Source: Octopus sinensis (taxonomy: Eukaryota). From it: 64,000 nt of DNA. This document shows, one piece after another, positions 52,131 to 64,000 of this stretch. The position numbers and the translations under genes were made by a program. Where the stretch lies: positions 129,208,001 to 129,272,000 of the forward strand of contig NC_042999.1 in assembly GCF_006345805.1 (NCBI RefSeq), in the 5' to 3' direction. The notes under the pieces were generated by a model. The model searched no databases and was not told the origin of the DNA. It was given only the letters and a program-made list of their open reading frames with translations. The stretch's first letter is position 1. Every line of letters starts with the position of its first letter.

Positions 52131-52616
52131 TTAATTAATAAGAACAATTTTGTAATTTCATATAGAGTATATTTTATCCTTTTAGTTTTAGTTTTAAAAA
52201 CTGCCCCCTTTCCAATGCTCATGCGGGTGGGATTATTTTTTTTTGAAGCATAAGTTTTCACAGTTGAATGCCCTCCCTATTGCTAATCACTCAACCATAA
52301 ATATATATGAAACCTGATTTATGTTCAGTCAGACAAACTGGAGCAAGTAATGTTAGTCGCCTTCATACTTATATTACTTCATAAATTACCAAAGCATTAA
52401 GTAGTGTGTATTTTGATGCTATAATGTACTTTTGAATAAGTCTAAATTTTCTGCTGACACTGCATGTGTAGATAAACTAAACAAAATTGAATTTAATCAA
52501 TTCAGATCACTTACAAAATACAAGGTTGGCTAAAACCTTAGATACACTGAAATGCATTGTATTTACTCAATATAATATATAGGAGCATTAAGAAAGACAC
52601 ATATTTTACTTTATAC

Positions 52617-52958
52617 CAGTAGTTCTCAACCTGGGTTCATATGACCCCTTGGGGTACATATAAGATTTTGTGGAGTCCATACAAGCAAAATAGTGAATTG
52701 GTTCCACAATACTATTTTATGGGTCCATAAAAAAAATTTACTCTAGATGTATTTATTGCATGAAACTGCTAAGGTTTCTTCTTCTGATGTTTTACATAGC
52801 TCAACCTATTCATGTGAATGTGTGTGATAAACAAAATATGAATTTTGAAGGAATTATCTGTAAAACTAGTTTTTAAACATTAAATGGCTCTGCGAGTCCA
52901 CCAGAATAAAATAATAATCAAAGGGGTCCATAGAAAAAAAAATGGTTGAGAATCACTG
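52617..52958. mobile_element. hAT-type MITE (342 bp) with 8-bp TSD
   Basis: CTTTATAC at 52609-16 and 52959-66. TIRs CAGTAGTTCTCAACC / GGTTGAGAATCACTG match 13/15. Confidence 0.92.
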
Positions 52959-52986
52959 CTTTATACAGCATTAAGAGGGTAAGTGA

Positions 52987-53330
52987 AGGTGCATGGTTCA
53001 GTGGTTAGAGTGTCAGACTCACAATCATGAGGTAGTGAGTTCAATTCTTGTATCGGATTGTGTGTTATGTTCTTGAACAAGACACTTTATTTCACATTGC
53101 TCCAATTCACTCAGCTCTAGAAATGAGTTGTGGTGTCACTGGTGCCAAGCTGTATTGGCCTTTGGATAACATCAATAGCATGGAGAGGGGAGGCTGGTAT
53201 GTATGGGTGACTGCTGGTCTTCCATAAACAAATTTGCCTGACTTGTACCTTGGAGAGGTACTTTCAAGGTGCAGTTCCATGGTCATTCATGACTGAAGAG
53301 GTCTTTACCTTTTACAGCCTTAAATAGGAT
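52987..53330 (+). mobile_element. tRNA-derived SINE (family C)
   Basis: A-box-like TGGTTCAGTGG and B-box-like GAGTTCAATTC, followed by a core with gaacaagacacttt and cactcagct.tagaaatgagt. Confidence 0.75.
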
Positions 53331-55079
53331 CACATATCACAACATCAGTGCTTCTCCATATCTGGACCAAATCCAAAACATTTTTAGGGGTTTCCCACCA
53401 AAAAAGTAAAGCACAAGTCTGTTAAAGAAAAAATTATTATATTTATAAAGGGAAGACTGTTGGGGGCTGCCTGCATCCATGGGAGCCATGGCTGAGAACT
53501 GCTGCTCAACATGGTCACACGATTTGTTAGAAATAGCAACCAGATGTCACACCCTACTGCCTGGAGAAAGGACAGGACATACTGAATAATGTAGTCTTAG
53601 ACATACTTCTTAAAAGGATAGGATTGTCATACTGGAAAGCTTTTGATCTGAGGTCAGCTCAGTCAATGTTGACGTGTGTGTGTGTGTGTTGTGTGTGTGT
53701 GTGTGTTTGTGTGTGTGTGTTTGTGCATGTGTGTTTTTTTGTGTGTGTGTGTCCCAACATCACTTGACAATTGATGCTGGTGTGTTTACATACCCATAAC
53801 TTAGCAGTTTGGCAAAAGAGACCGATAAAATAAGTACTAGGCTTACAGAGAATAAGTCCTGGGGTTGATTTGTTTGACTAAAGGCGGTGCTCCAGCATGA
53901 CTGCAGTCAAACGACTGAAACAAGTAAAAGAATAAAAGAATAATGATGATTTTTAGCACTGGTACAAGGTCAGAAATTTAAAGGGTGCAAGGAAAATATA
54001 AGCTACTACACCAAACCAGTATTTGACTGGTAGTTTATTTTATTGAATCCCATTAGAATAAAAGTCAATGTTGATTTCAGCAGGATTTGAACTCAAAACA
54101 CGAAGAAACATGACTAAATACTGCAAAGCATTTTGTCAATCACTCTACTAATTCTACCAATCTTTGCAGTATTACTTTTAATAATGTCTAGCCTAAGAAA
54201 CTGGAAAAATCATTAGCCCGCTAGGCAAAATGCTTAGTGACGTTTCATTGTCTGCACATTCCGAGTTCAAATTCCACCAAAGTTGAGTTTGCCTTTCATC
54301 TGTTCTGGGTTGATAAAATAAGTAGCAGTCAAGCGCTGGGGTCAATGTAACCAACTTAGCCCTTTCTCCAAAACTGCTGGCTTTGTGCTAAAATTTGAAA
54401 CCAAGTACAAGGCCAGAAATTTGAAGGGTACATCAAACCAGTATTTGACTGAAAGTGGCTCTGTGCAATTGCCCAGAAGGATAATCGCCAAAGTTGACTT
54501 TGGCAAGATTTGAATTCAGAATGTAGAAGGATGTGACTAAACATCACAACATATTTTGTCTGGCAAGATTCTGATTGTTAGACATTTATTTTGCCTCCAG
54601 GATTCATTCCTCAGACATACAACATGTACTTTAATATTTGTGCCTTTCCTCCTCCCACTCCTCCTAATTACATCATCATCATCATCATCATCATCCTTGT
54701 ATGCAAATATACAATAATAATAAAAAGGCACAAATATTAAAGTACAAAAATAGCCATGTGCCTACTTGAATGATAACAAAATTAATATCAGAGAAAAGTT
54801 AGCAGATGGGAGTCAGACAATAGGCATTAAAAAAATAGGATTGTCCTAAAAAGGATATTGATTTTCATTGCAGCAAAATAATCATTTCCCCTCTTTTCTA
54901 GAAGGTTCCTGTTCACTGACTCTATAGGCTGGACCAAACTTTAATCAGTAGAGATATGTTTGAGCAGATAGCTACCAAAGACTTCCATCCTGCATTAACT
55001 TTTGAGCGAAGTAAGATTAATAATTGCTTTAATTATTTTTTTTATTTGTTACATATATACATACATGTATATATGCATG

Positions 55080-55188
<109 letters not shown>

Positions 55189-55275
55189 ATATTGTGAAGG
55201 AGAAAAAGAGTACTTCACAATTTGAGGGAAAAGATTTCGAAGAAAATATTAGTAATTACACACATATTGGTATGT

Positions 55276-55293
55276 CCCTCCTCCTCCTCCTCC

Positions 55294-55331
<38 letters not shown>

Positions 55332-55585
55332 TTTCATCGTCTTCTTCTCCTCCTCCTACTCTTCACCATCATCAGTACTACCATCACCATAACTATCACT
55401 ACCACCACCACAAACCATCACATTCACACCCACCACCACTACCACCACTGCAAAATCATCACAATTACCATAACCATCATTACCACCAAAACCAACATCT
55501 ACACCACTACCACCTCCACCAGCAACAGTGGTAGCAATAGCAACAGCAGGAACAGTAGCAACAGCAGCAGCAGCAGTTGCAGTAG
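55276..55585. repeat. Mosaic (CCT)(CAT)(ACC)(CAG) trinucleotide tract
   Basis: Directly visible; explains the 254-aa low-complexity ORF. Confidence 0.9.
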
Positions 55586-55967
55586 CAGCAGCAACTTGCT
55601 CTTCTTTATTATCATCAGTTATCCAGTTTCTCAGTTCTTTCAAATTTTAAACAATATCAGGAATGACCAAGCTGGGCACTGTGCCTTGTGTTTTATTTAT
55701 TCTCTTTGCTTTTGTTGGCAGCATTTTCCTTCTTTATTATCGATGTTCTTGAAAGTATATGTGTAAATGTGCGTCTATAATCTGTGCAGTTATATGTACG
55801 AATGCTTCTATGTATTATGTGTAAAATAACTCGAGGCTTATTTTTCATACTTACAGGGTTGACAAAATACCAGTCAGATATTAGGGTCAATTTAATCGCT
55901 TGCATCCTCCTCCAAAAATTTATGGCCTTATGCCAATGTTAGAAATCAATTTACATAATGCTGTTAG

Positions 55968-56056
55968 ATGAATGAATGAATGAATGAATGAATGAATGAA
56001 TGAATGAATGATGAATGAATGAATGAATGAATGAATGAATGATGAATGAATGAATG
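55968..56056. repeat. (TGAA)n microsatellite
   Basis: Directly visible. Confidence 0.95.
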
Positions 56057-56537
56057 TTGTATGCATTAGTTTTTATTTTAGCTAGTCACAGATAACTGGC
56101 TTGGGATATTTTAATGGAGTCTGTCCATAGGTACACGTGTGGCTTTGGTTGAGAAGTTTGCTTCCCAACCACACTGTTTTGGGTTCAGCCCTGTTGCATG
56201 GCACATTGGGCAAGAAGATATTTTGACACCTTCTCTAGTTACAGCAAGAAGACAGTTCCAGGCTGACAAAAGCCTTGTGAGTGAATCTGGTAGACAGAAA
56301 CTAAAAGAAGTCCATATGCCTGTACCATTCTTTCAGTGTTATGTTTGGTTATAACATGAAACGACTCTGATGAAAGTAGTATTAATTTTCTAGGCCATTC
56401 AATTTTTCTCAACCAATCAATGGGCTGATTGAGTAAACTTGTCAATAACGAACCTGTAATGACTACTGGAAACAGCTGCAAATCAAATTTACTATAATGA
56501 AGAAAACTATGTAATGACCATTATTTATGCCTTGTCT

Positions 56538-56650
56538 TATGTATGTATGTATGTATGTATGTATGTATGTATGTATGTATGTATGTATGTATGTATGTAT
56601 GTATGTATGTATGTATGTATGTTTGTTTGTATGTATGTATGTATGTACGT
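56538..56650. repeat. (ATGT)n microsatellite
   Basis: Directly visible. Confidence 0.95.
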
Positions 56651-56699
56651 ATGCATGTGACCTTTCACTCTCTTTTTTTTCATGAATGAGCTACTCTGT

Positions 56700-59455
56700 G
56701 TCGGTCACTGAAGTGATATTTGATCACTTTATAGAGTGAGTATCTGAGTGTCGATTTGGTGTCTGGAATGGGATACTTACCTCATGGGCAGGTAGAAGCT
56801 CTTTAACCTTGGGTGGTAATCTACCTAGGAGAAGGAAATTTCCAAAATAAGACCTGAGGCCTTGAAAGTTCCTGGTTTTGTCAATTTTCATGTCACGCTA
56901 GTGAAAGTCTTCTTGGGCCAATAGGTGGGGGTAGTGCAGTGCAAGCTACATCCACTGAAAATCATTCATCTGCACAGGTACTTCCTGTACTCTAAATCTT
57001 AGTAAAATCATTCAATTGGTTGGTTGGCAGAAACCTATAAATATAATTGTTACTCTAAAATGTCTCAAACAGATTCAGTAAATAGCAAAAATGGCTTGGA
57101 AACGTCCTGGGAACAGATCTAGCTCGGCAGGTGTCCCAGCGTATCACAGGCTGGACCCAGTCGTCATCCTGCCACTGTGGTCAAACAATCTTCAAGAAAA
57201 TGTAAAAATAAACATCCTTTGAATTTCGGTTGTTAGAATGTGTGCACACTTCTTGATGGATAATTTCAACAAGGGGCCAGAAAAGCATGTTGCATTTATT
57301 GCATGTGAGCTCAAGAAATATTCCCTTGATATAGTTGTGCTCTCTGAAACTTGTTTCAATGGTGAGGGTCAAGTAAATGAACCTACTTATGGATATACTA
57401 TCTTTTGGAAAGGCCCACCTAAGGGTCAGCATAGAGAATCTGGTATTGGGTTTGCTCTCAAGAATGCATTAGTATCCTCCATTGCAGAGCTTCCAAGTGG
57501 TGTATCTGAATGTATCATGTCATGTCATATTAAACTGAAAAAAGGTAGGTTTCTTACCATTGTCAGTATTTATGCACCAACAATGTCCCATTCTGATGAA
57601 ACTGTAGGACAGTTTTATGATGATCTAGCACAATTATTGAGGAAAGTACCAATTTCTGACAAGCTGGTCATATTGGGAGATTTCAATGCAAGAGTTGGAA
57701 AGGACTATGTTTCATAGGATTGGAAATTGCAATAAAAATGGAGTAGCTCTTTTGGCATTCTGTACTGAGAATAATCTGGTTGTCACCAACACTCTGTTTA
57801 AGCAGAAAAATAAATATAAAACCACCTGGATGCACCCAAGATCTAAGCACTGGCATCTCATAGATTATATTCTGATTAGGAAACATGATATGAAAGAAGT
57901 TTCTAGTGTTTGGGTCATGAGTGGGTAGAGAGCTGAACTGACCATCATCTAGTGCTTGGAACAATAGATTTTTCGATAATGCCTAAAAATCGATAGTCTG
58001 GACCTAAGGTACCCAAAAAGTTAAATGTTGCAAACTTTAAATTATCAAGCAACTTGCAAAGATTCCACGATGCTATAGAAAGTATCAATCTTGACCCAAC
58101 AATCTATGGGAAGATTTCAAAACAAAAGTATTTCAGAAAATTACTATTTGCAAATCTCACAATGAGAGATATTCAGCAACAGTACTTTGGAGTAAAGATA
58201 ATTTGCCCACATAACATGGCAGTCCTGGTTTAGGATGAATGTTGCTGTAATTTAGTTCCAGGAGTAAACCAGGACTGCTTTGTTATGTTGGCAAATTATC
58301 TTTACTCCAATAGTATTTTAGGATGCAAGTTCGTCAATGGGATTTAAATCTCGTAAATCCAGTGACTGGTTCTCAGATAGATCAGCAGAAATTCATGATC
58401 TAGTTTTAGAAAAACAAAACTTAGGCAATACACTTCTTTCTCAGTTCTTGAACCCCAGCTCAAATGACACTTACAGAAAACTGAAAGGGAAAGTGCAGGC
58501 TGCTCTAAGGAAAATTAAACAGGAATGGTGGAATGATAGAGCAAAAGAGACACAAGAAGCAGCTGATAGAAATGATGCCAAGGGTTTGTACTCTTATGTT
58601 AAGGAGGTATATGGCCCAAAATTTTCCTCAATAGCTCCAGTGAGAACAGCAAATGGATGTTTTCTTCTGACTAACACCTCTTCTATTTATAAGCATTGGG
58701 TAGAACATTTTTCTGCACTTTTGAATAGACCATTATCCATTGACATGAGGATAATAGGAAAAATTGAACACCGTCCAGTTATAGAAGAGACAGCATTTGA
58801 ACTAACTCTAAATGACATTTATTTAGCTGTGAATAAGCTGAATGACAATAAGCCTCCAGGGTCTGATGGAGTCTGTGCAGAAGTCTTGAAATATAGGGGT
58901 GACAAAATGTTTGAACTCTTAAATATATCAATTTGTCACTGTTGGAGAACTGAGAAAGTGCCTCAAGACTGGATTGATGCCATTTTAGTTTCCTTGTATA
59001 AATTGAGGTCAAAAGATCTGTGTGGTAATTTTCGTGGGATTTCCCTTTTGTCTGTTGTTGGAAAGGTACTTGCCTGCATTTTGTTAGAATGTTTAAATAC
59101 CTTTATAGTTCCAAATATAGTGTCTGAGTCTCAGTGTGGTTTTCATTTCTCCAGGGGCACAGCTGATTGTGTCTTTACTGTCAGAAACTTATGAGAAAAG
59201 TACATTGAACAGAATCTTGCTCTATACCATTGCTTTGTTGATTTGAGCAAAGTATTCGATACTGTTAATCGAAATGCTTTGTGGCTAATTCTAAGGAAAA
59301 TAGGTTGCCCAGAAAAATTTGTAAACATGGTCAGGGCTTTGCATCAAGATATGAAAGCTAGAGTTAATTTTGGTGGAAGGCTCTCTGAATCTTTTGCTGT
59401 GGAAAATGGAGTAAAGCAAGGAGACCTTGATGCACCCACCCTCTTTACAATATAT
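56700..59455 (+). mobile_element. Decayed, probably 5'-complete BovB-like RTE LINE (APE endonuclease plus N-half of RT)
   Basis: DIVVLSET..GEGQ...YTIFWKG...SIYAPT...LVILGDFNARVG, WMHPRSKHWHLIDY, KPPGSDG, CGNFRGISLLSVVGKV, GVKQGD, with stops and frameshifts. An RTE-type 5'UTR motif (aatctacctaggagaaggaaa) lies near 56818. Confidence 0.9.
58187..58310. mobile_element. Hairpin MITE-like insertion within the RTE (46-bp arms, 3 mismatches)
   Basis: ttggagtaaagataatttgcccacataacatggcagtcctggttta / taaaccaggactgctttgttatgttggcaaattatctttactccaa. Confidence 0.85.
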
Positions 59456-59575
59456 TGGGTTGGCGACTAAGTTCCTGCCATTCTTTAAAATTTAAATTTT
59501 TTTAAAAGGTTTAATAAAATACAACAACTAATTAATCAATAACGTATTCACCTTTGCTGGACAGAATAATTAAAT
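59456..59575 (-). mobile_element. mariner 3' end (TIR plus last codons) truncating the RTE
   Basis: TA-TTGGGTTGGCGACTAAGTT is mariner TIR-like. The minus strand encodes ILSSKGEYVID*. Confidence 0.7.
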
Positions 59576-59779
59576 GCATACTTTTTTTTTTATTCCTTAT
59601 TAGTTTCACTCATTGAATTGTGGCCATACTGTGGCTCTACTTTTAAGGATTTTAATTGATCATATCACTTCCCAGAACTTCTTTTATCAAAGAGCTAAGG
59701 ATTTTCAATTCTGGCACTTGATGTGCCATTTTATATAGATGAATATCACAAAGACCACATATATACCCCAACCCCCATC

Positions 59780-60400
59780 CCAGCAGCAGCAGCAGCAGTA
59801 TTTTTATTTTTGATTTTTTTTATACTTGCATAGACTGGGTTGGTTTTCTTCAGTACAGCATCTCACCACTTGTTGCAACCCATTGTCTCCTGCTTTGTGA
59901 AGTTTAACCTTATAAGATCAGCTTTTACAACTGCCCCCATACCTTCCTTTGTTTTTCTTCTCCCACAACTTTCTTCCACTTTGAATGCTTGGCATTTCTT
60001 TATCCAATTATCATCTCCCACAGGCATCACAATGTCCTTATTATCTCAGTTATCCTTTTTTGCATGCTAGATCTGATTCCTCTTATTCCCTGTTATTTTC
60101 CCCTCACCTCATTTTTATTTTATCATTCTTGTATATGTTAATATAATACAACTAGCAAAGTATACTTGCTTCCTTCTTTTCCAGCTTTTCCACATCTTGC
60201 ATACTCAAGGTCCATGTTTCACTGCCATATGTTATCATACCAAGCACACAAGCGTCATACAGTCTATCCTTCATTTAGAAAGAGAACCCCTTTGTTTAGC
60301 AGCAGAAATAATAGCTCCCTAATAATTTCCATCCCCTTCTTAGCCAGGCTCTGTTCTTTCAGTCACCTATGTAAAATAGAATAGCTAATTAGGTCATTGA
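59780..60400 (-). mobile_element. Old RTE C-terminal fragment
   Basis: RLYDACVLGMITYGSETWTL...DDNWIKKCQAFKVEESCGRRK. Confidence 0.75.
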
Positions 60401-61176
60401 GATAACAGAAAATATCAACTATTTCTTGGGAGCAGGTATTTCGAAATAATTTATATTATGACTGCTCTAACTACTGGACATCTGTTACATACAAAATCCC
60501 TTTTCTCTGCCAGCCTCTGTGATCCCAGTGCACTTCTAATTTAACCATAGTTTGCAGGTACATAGGCACACTGTACAGAATTCCTAGCAGCATCTTTTTT
60601 TGCACAGTGAGCAAGCCTACTTTCCAGATATCAGTGGAGAGCTGTCCTCTTTCTTGCCAGCTAAAATTGTTCTCTTTGCTAGATTTACTTTCATAACTCT
60701 CTATTTTAGGGTTTACTTCCATATTTGGAATTACTCCTTAGATTTTTCAACAGCTTGAGCTCATTGAAGTCATTAATAGACAGAACAGTCAGTCTTAAAC
60801 TCCTCTGTTAGGACATGGAGAACCATAATAAATACACATGTCAAACCTCTTTCTGCTTCTCTTCTTGATATATGTATCTGATGTCTAGCTTAGCTTTTGT
60901 CTACCTAATATTATTCCTTGCTCCACTGCTCCTTAGGTCTGTCTCTTACGTTTTATGTCTTTATACACCATATCATTCTATCACCCCCACTTTCTGTACC
61001 ACCTTTTGCTAAGTTGGAATCTTGTTCCATTCACAGATCAAGTCTGTGGTTTAGCTTTCTTTCTTGGTGTGGTTTCCTTGAGCAATATGCCCTGTTTGAC
61101 AAGTCACTGATGCTGAACATGGCTGATTACTCACCAAGATGAAATCTCACAGATGAAATAAAGTCACTAAGAGAGA

Positions 61177-61279
<103 letters not shown>

Positions 61280-61839
61280 AAAATGGATTTCAGTACTGGA
61301 CTGGCTTCTTTGTTTATTATCGACACTAAAGGGATGAAAGGTAAAGCTACCTTCAGCAGCATTGAGCTAAGAACACAAAAAAATAGGGACAAGTATCACA
61401 AAGCATTCTGTCTGACACACAAACAATTCTGCCAATTAGCTGCCATGTGTAATATATACTAGACATAACAAAGAAAATCAATATGAAACTTGAAACTTGA
61501 ATACCACAGAGAGAGAGAGAGAGAAGAGGTCTCTGGAACAAAGAACAATTTGTAATGTTTTGTGCAGCACTCACAGGAAGAATATCTCAGAATGAACGAT
61601 GATAAAAAGAGAGACAGGTGCAATGGATAAATTCAGTTGTAGTAATGGTAGATGGAGCAGAAACACTTTCTGTATAATAGAAGGTTTGTACTCAAACAAG
61701 ACTATTAATCTTCAGAGCCCAAGAGGACTTCATTAAATAAGAGCATCTAATTTTTTATGATACTTGGGCTCCAATATCTTCTTTGGTAAAGTTTCTACAG
61801 CTGAATGCTCTTCCTGTTGCCAAGCATCATTTATTTCAT

Positions 61840-62273
61840 TTATTTCAGCCAGATGGTCACTTTCTCATGGAAATACCACCAAGTGATAAGAAAAAGAACC
61901 CTACAAGACAGTGTGCAAAATGCGCAGAGAAGAGAGACGCTAAAGGAAAGAAGATTCGAAGAGAAAGCAGATACATGTGTGATGTCTGCAAGATAACTGT
62001 GTGTAACTCCTTGTTTTAAAAATTTTCTTTTGATTTAAAAACAATGCATCTTATAAAAAAATCAAAGATAGTTAAGTTATATGTATCTTTTCAATGTCCG
62101 AGTTAACTCGTTTAAATCCAAAAAGTACATTTTAATTTCTATAATAAAAAATAAAGGAAACAAGATAAAAAACTTTCTTTTCTAATTAACACAGTGTATA
62201 TAATTAAAAAAGTGAGTAAAAAAATATGCTCTGAAATGAAATGCCATGTCAAAATAATTGATCCATTAAGGGG
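61840..62273 (+). mobile_element. piggyBac 3' end: Cys-rich C-terminal domain plus terminal AGGGG|TTAA
   Basis: GHFLMEIPPSDKKKNPTRQCAKC...RRESRYMCDVC..(fs)CVTPCFKNF. TTAA at 62274-62277. Confidence 0.8.
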
Positions 62274-62969
62274 TTAAAAGGACCTTGAAATACTAAATGC
62301 TCTGCACATTCTAAGGCTATAAATGGAATCCAATGACTGGTGTAGGAGCCACAATCCAGGCATTGGAGTGATAAATATTGGTGCTAAAAAGGCCAAAAAC
62401 AAAATGATTTTGTTTTAATTGGTTAAATGTATAATGTGAACTTCAGAAATAAACTAACTGTAAATGAATTGAGTAAATTCATTGAGTATAAAAAAAAGCG
62501 TAGAATGATGCATTTGAAAGAGACAATAGTACTAGCATAGATAAGTAAAATGTATGAATAATGAGTATTGAATGAAAATGTACTGCAGATAGCAGCAGAA
62601 GTTAATTGAAGCAGAGCTTTGCTAAGAATAAAAGCAGCTAGGTTAAATGACAATTGGATGTATTCTGTTCTGCAAATCCATCCAACCCATGTCAGCATTG
62701 TAAAAGTTAACAACAACAAACAAAATCTCTGGCTGCATATGGCAATTGTGACCTTGTATATCTCAACAGATGATATATAAATAGAAATTGTTGAATCTTA
62801 CTCAGTGGTTGTTATTTAGAAAGATACCTAACCTTCAAATATTCAATCCCAACATGTTGTTTACTTCAAATGATGTTACTATGTTATTACACGTTATAAC
62901 TAAACTGCTCGCAAAATTAATCTTTACTTCACTTCAGTAAGTTAGTGATGTGGGAATACTTTACTTCAT

Positions 62970-63220
62970 GATCTCTTCATCTTTTAGTTGTTTCAGTCAT
63001 TAGACAGCGGCCATGCTGGGACACCACCTTGAAAAATTTTAGACGGATGGATTGACCCTAGTAATTATTATTTTTTTAAAGCTTGGTACTTATTCTATCA
63101 GGCTCTTTTGCTGAACCACTAAGTTACAAGGATATAAACATACCAACAGCGGTTGTGAAGTGGTGGTGGGGGACAAACACAGACACAAAGACACACACAC
63201 ACACACACAAACCACCACCT
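62970..63220 (-). mobile_element. SINE family A, 3' portion
   Basis: Shared 3' block. Confidence 0.8.
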
Positions 63221-63253
63221 CTCTTTATATATACATATACTTACATATATATA

Positions 63254-64000
63254 TTGGGTCATCCCATAAATAATGCATTTTTTTAATACTTTTATTTTTC
63301 AAATTTAAGATAAACAAAATTCATTTTTAATCTAAAATATACCCTCCTTCATCTTCTACAATGCTCTTTCATTTATCTGGTAGACTTGCAGGCCCCCTTT
63401 TCCAAAATCCACTTGTCCATGACGAAAAATACTCCTCCAGTATTGTTCTGACCTCATCTACAGAATTCATATTTTTTCCATCCAAATGATTTTGAAGACT
63501 GCAGAATAAATGATAATCAGATGGGGTAATGTCCAGCAAAAATGGTGGGTGGGGTATCGTTTCTCATTCAAACTGCTCCAGCCTTTGGAATGTCATCCTT
63601 GCTGTATGTGGCCGAGCATTATCCTGATAGAAAAACACCTTTCATCTTGAAACGAAAGGTGGTTGTCTTTTTTCTAGTACTGACTTAAGCCGCTCAAGCT
63701 GCTCATGGCAGATCTCCTTTGTTATCATTTGGTTTAGATTTAAAAGTCTAAAGTGGACTAAACCTTTCATATCCCACCTAACAGATAACAACACCTTATG
63801 TTCGTGAAGACCTTCTGTAGCCAGGGGTTCTGGTGTTTCTCCTTTCCCTACCCACTGTCTTTGGCACTTGACATTTTTATAGAGAACCCATTTCTTATCA
63901 CCAGTCACTATTTAGCGTAAAAAAAGGTTCATTCATGAGACGTGACAGCAAGAAGAGCACACATTCACTCACTGCATGCGGTTAGACTTGGGAAGTTAGT
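63254..64000 (-). mobile_element. mariner element 3' part with TIR (continues beyond the window)
   Basis: TGDKKWVLY...HKVLLSVRWDMKG...FYQDNARPHTA...HPPFLLDITPSDYHLF. TA at 63252-53, then TIR ttgggtcatcccataaataatgc. Confidence 0.9.

Noticed and set aside
52987-53060. tRNA gene
   Set aside because: A/B boxes are present but there is no convincing cloverleaf, and it continues into a SINE core.

Overview
AT-rich eukaryotic DNA with no recognisable cellular protein-coding gene. It is probably an octopus (coleoid cephalopod) intronic or intergenic region; this is inferred from the microsatellite load and the SINE/RTE repeat types. The window is a layered transposon graveyard. Non-LTR elements: a young RTE LINE with an in-frame PHD finger (18.2-21.9 kb), a near-full-length decayed BovB-like RTE (56.7-59.5 kb), a young CR1/L2-type insertion with a TSD (8.1-9.3 kb), a HERO/R2-superfamily remnant and Penelope-like (PLE) remnants. 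DNA elements: mariner, Tc1, pogo and piggyBac fossils, plus hAT and piggyBac MITEs. There are also many tRNA-derived SINEs. The strongest hidden signals are: (1) two structurally complete, palindromic-stem-III (dimer-type) hammerhead ribozymes on the minus strand in PLE terminal repeats (23361-23451 and 3427-3472); (2) an RTE 3'UTR expanded into a higher-order tandem array, present twice in inverted orientation about 27 kb apart with the same derived junction; (3) several fold-back or templated repair scars; (4) a CpG-retaining promoter-like segment near 33-35 kb with minus-strand splice signals, suggesting an unidentified transcript. Most short ORFs in the supplied track are microsatellite or repeat artefacts. 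All calls were made by eye; no database searches or folding programs were run.
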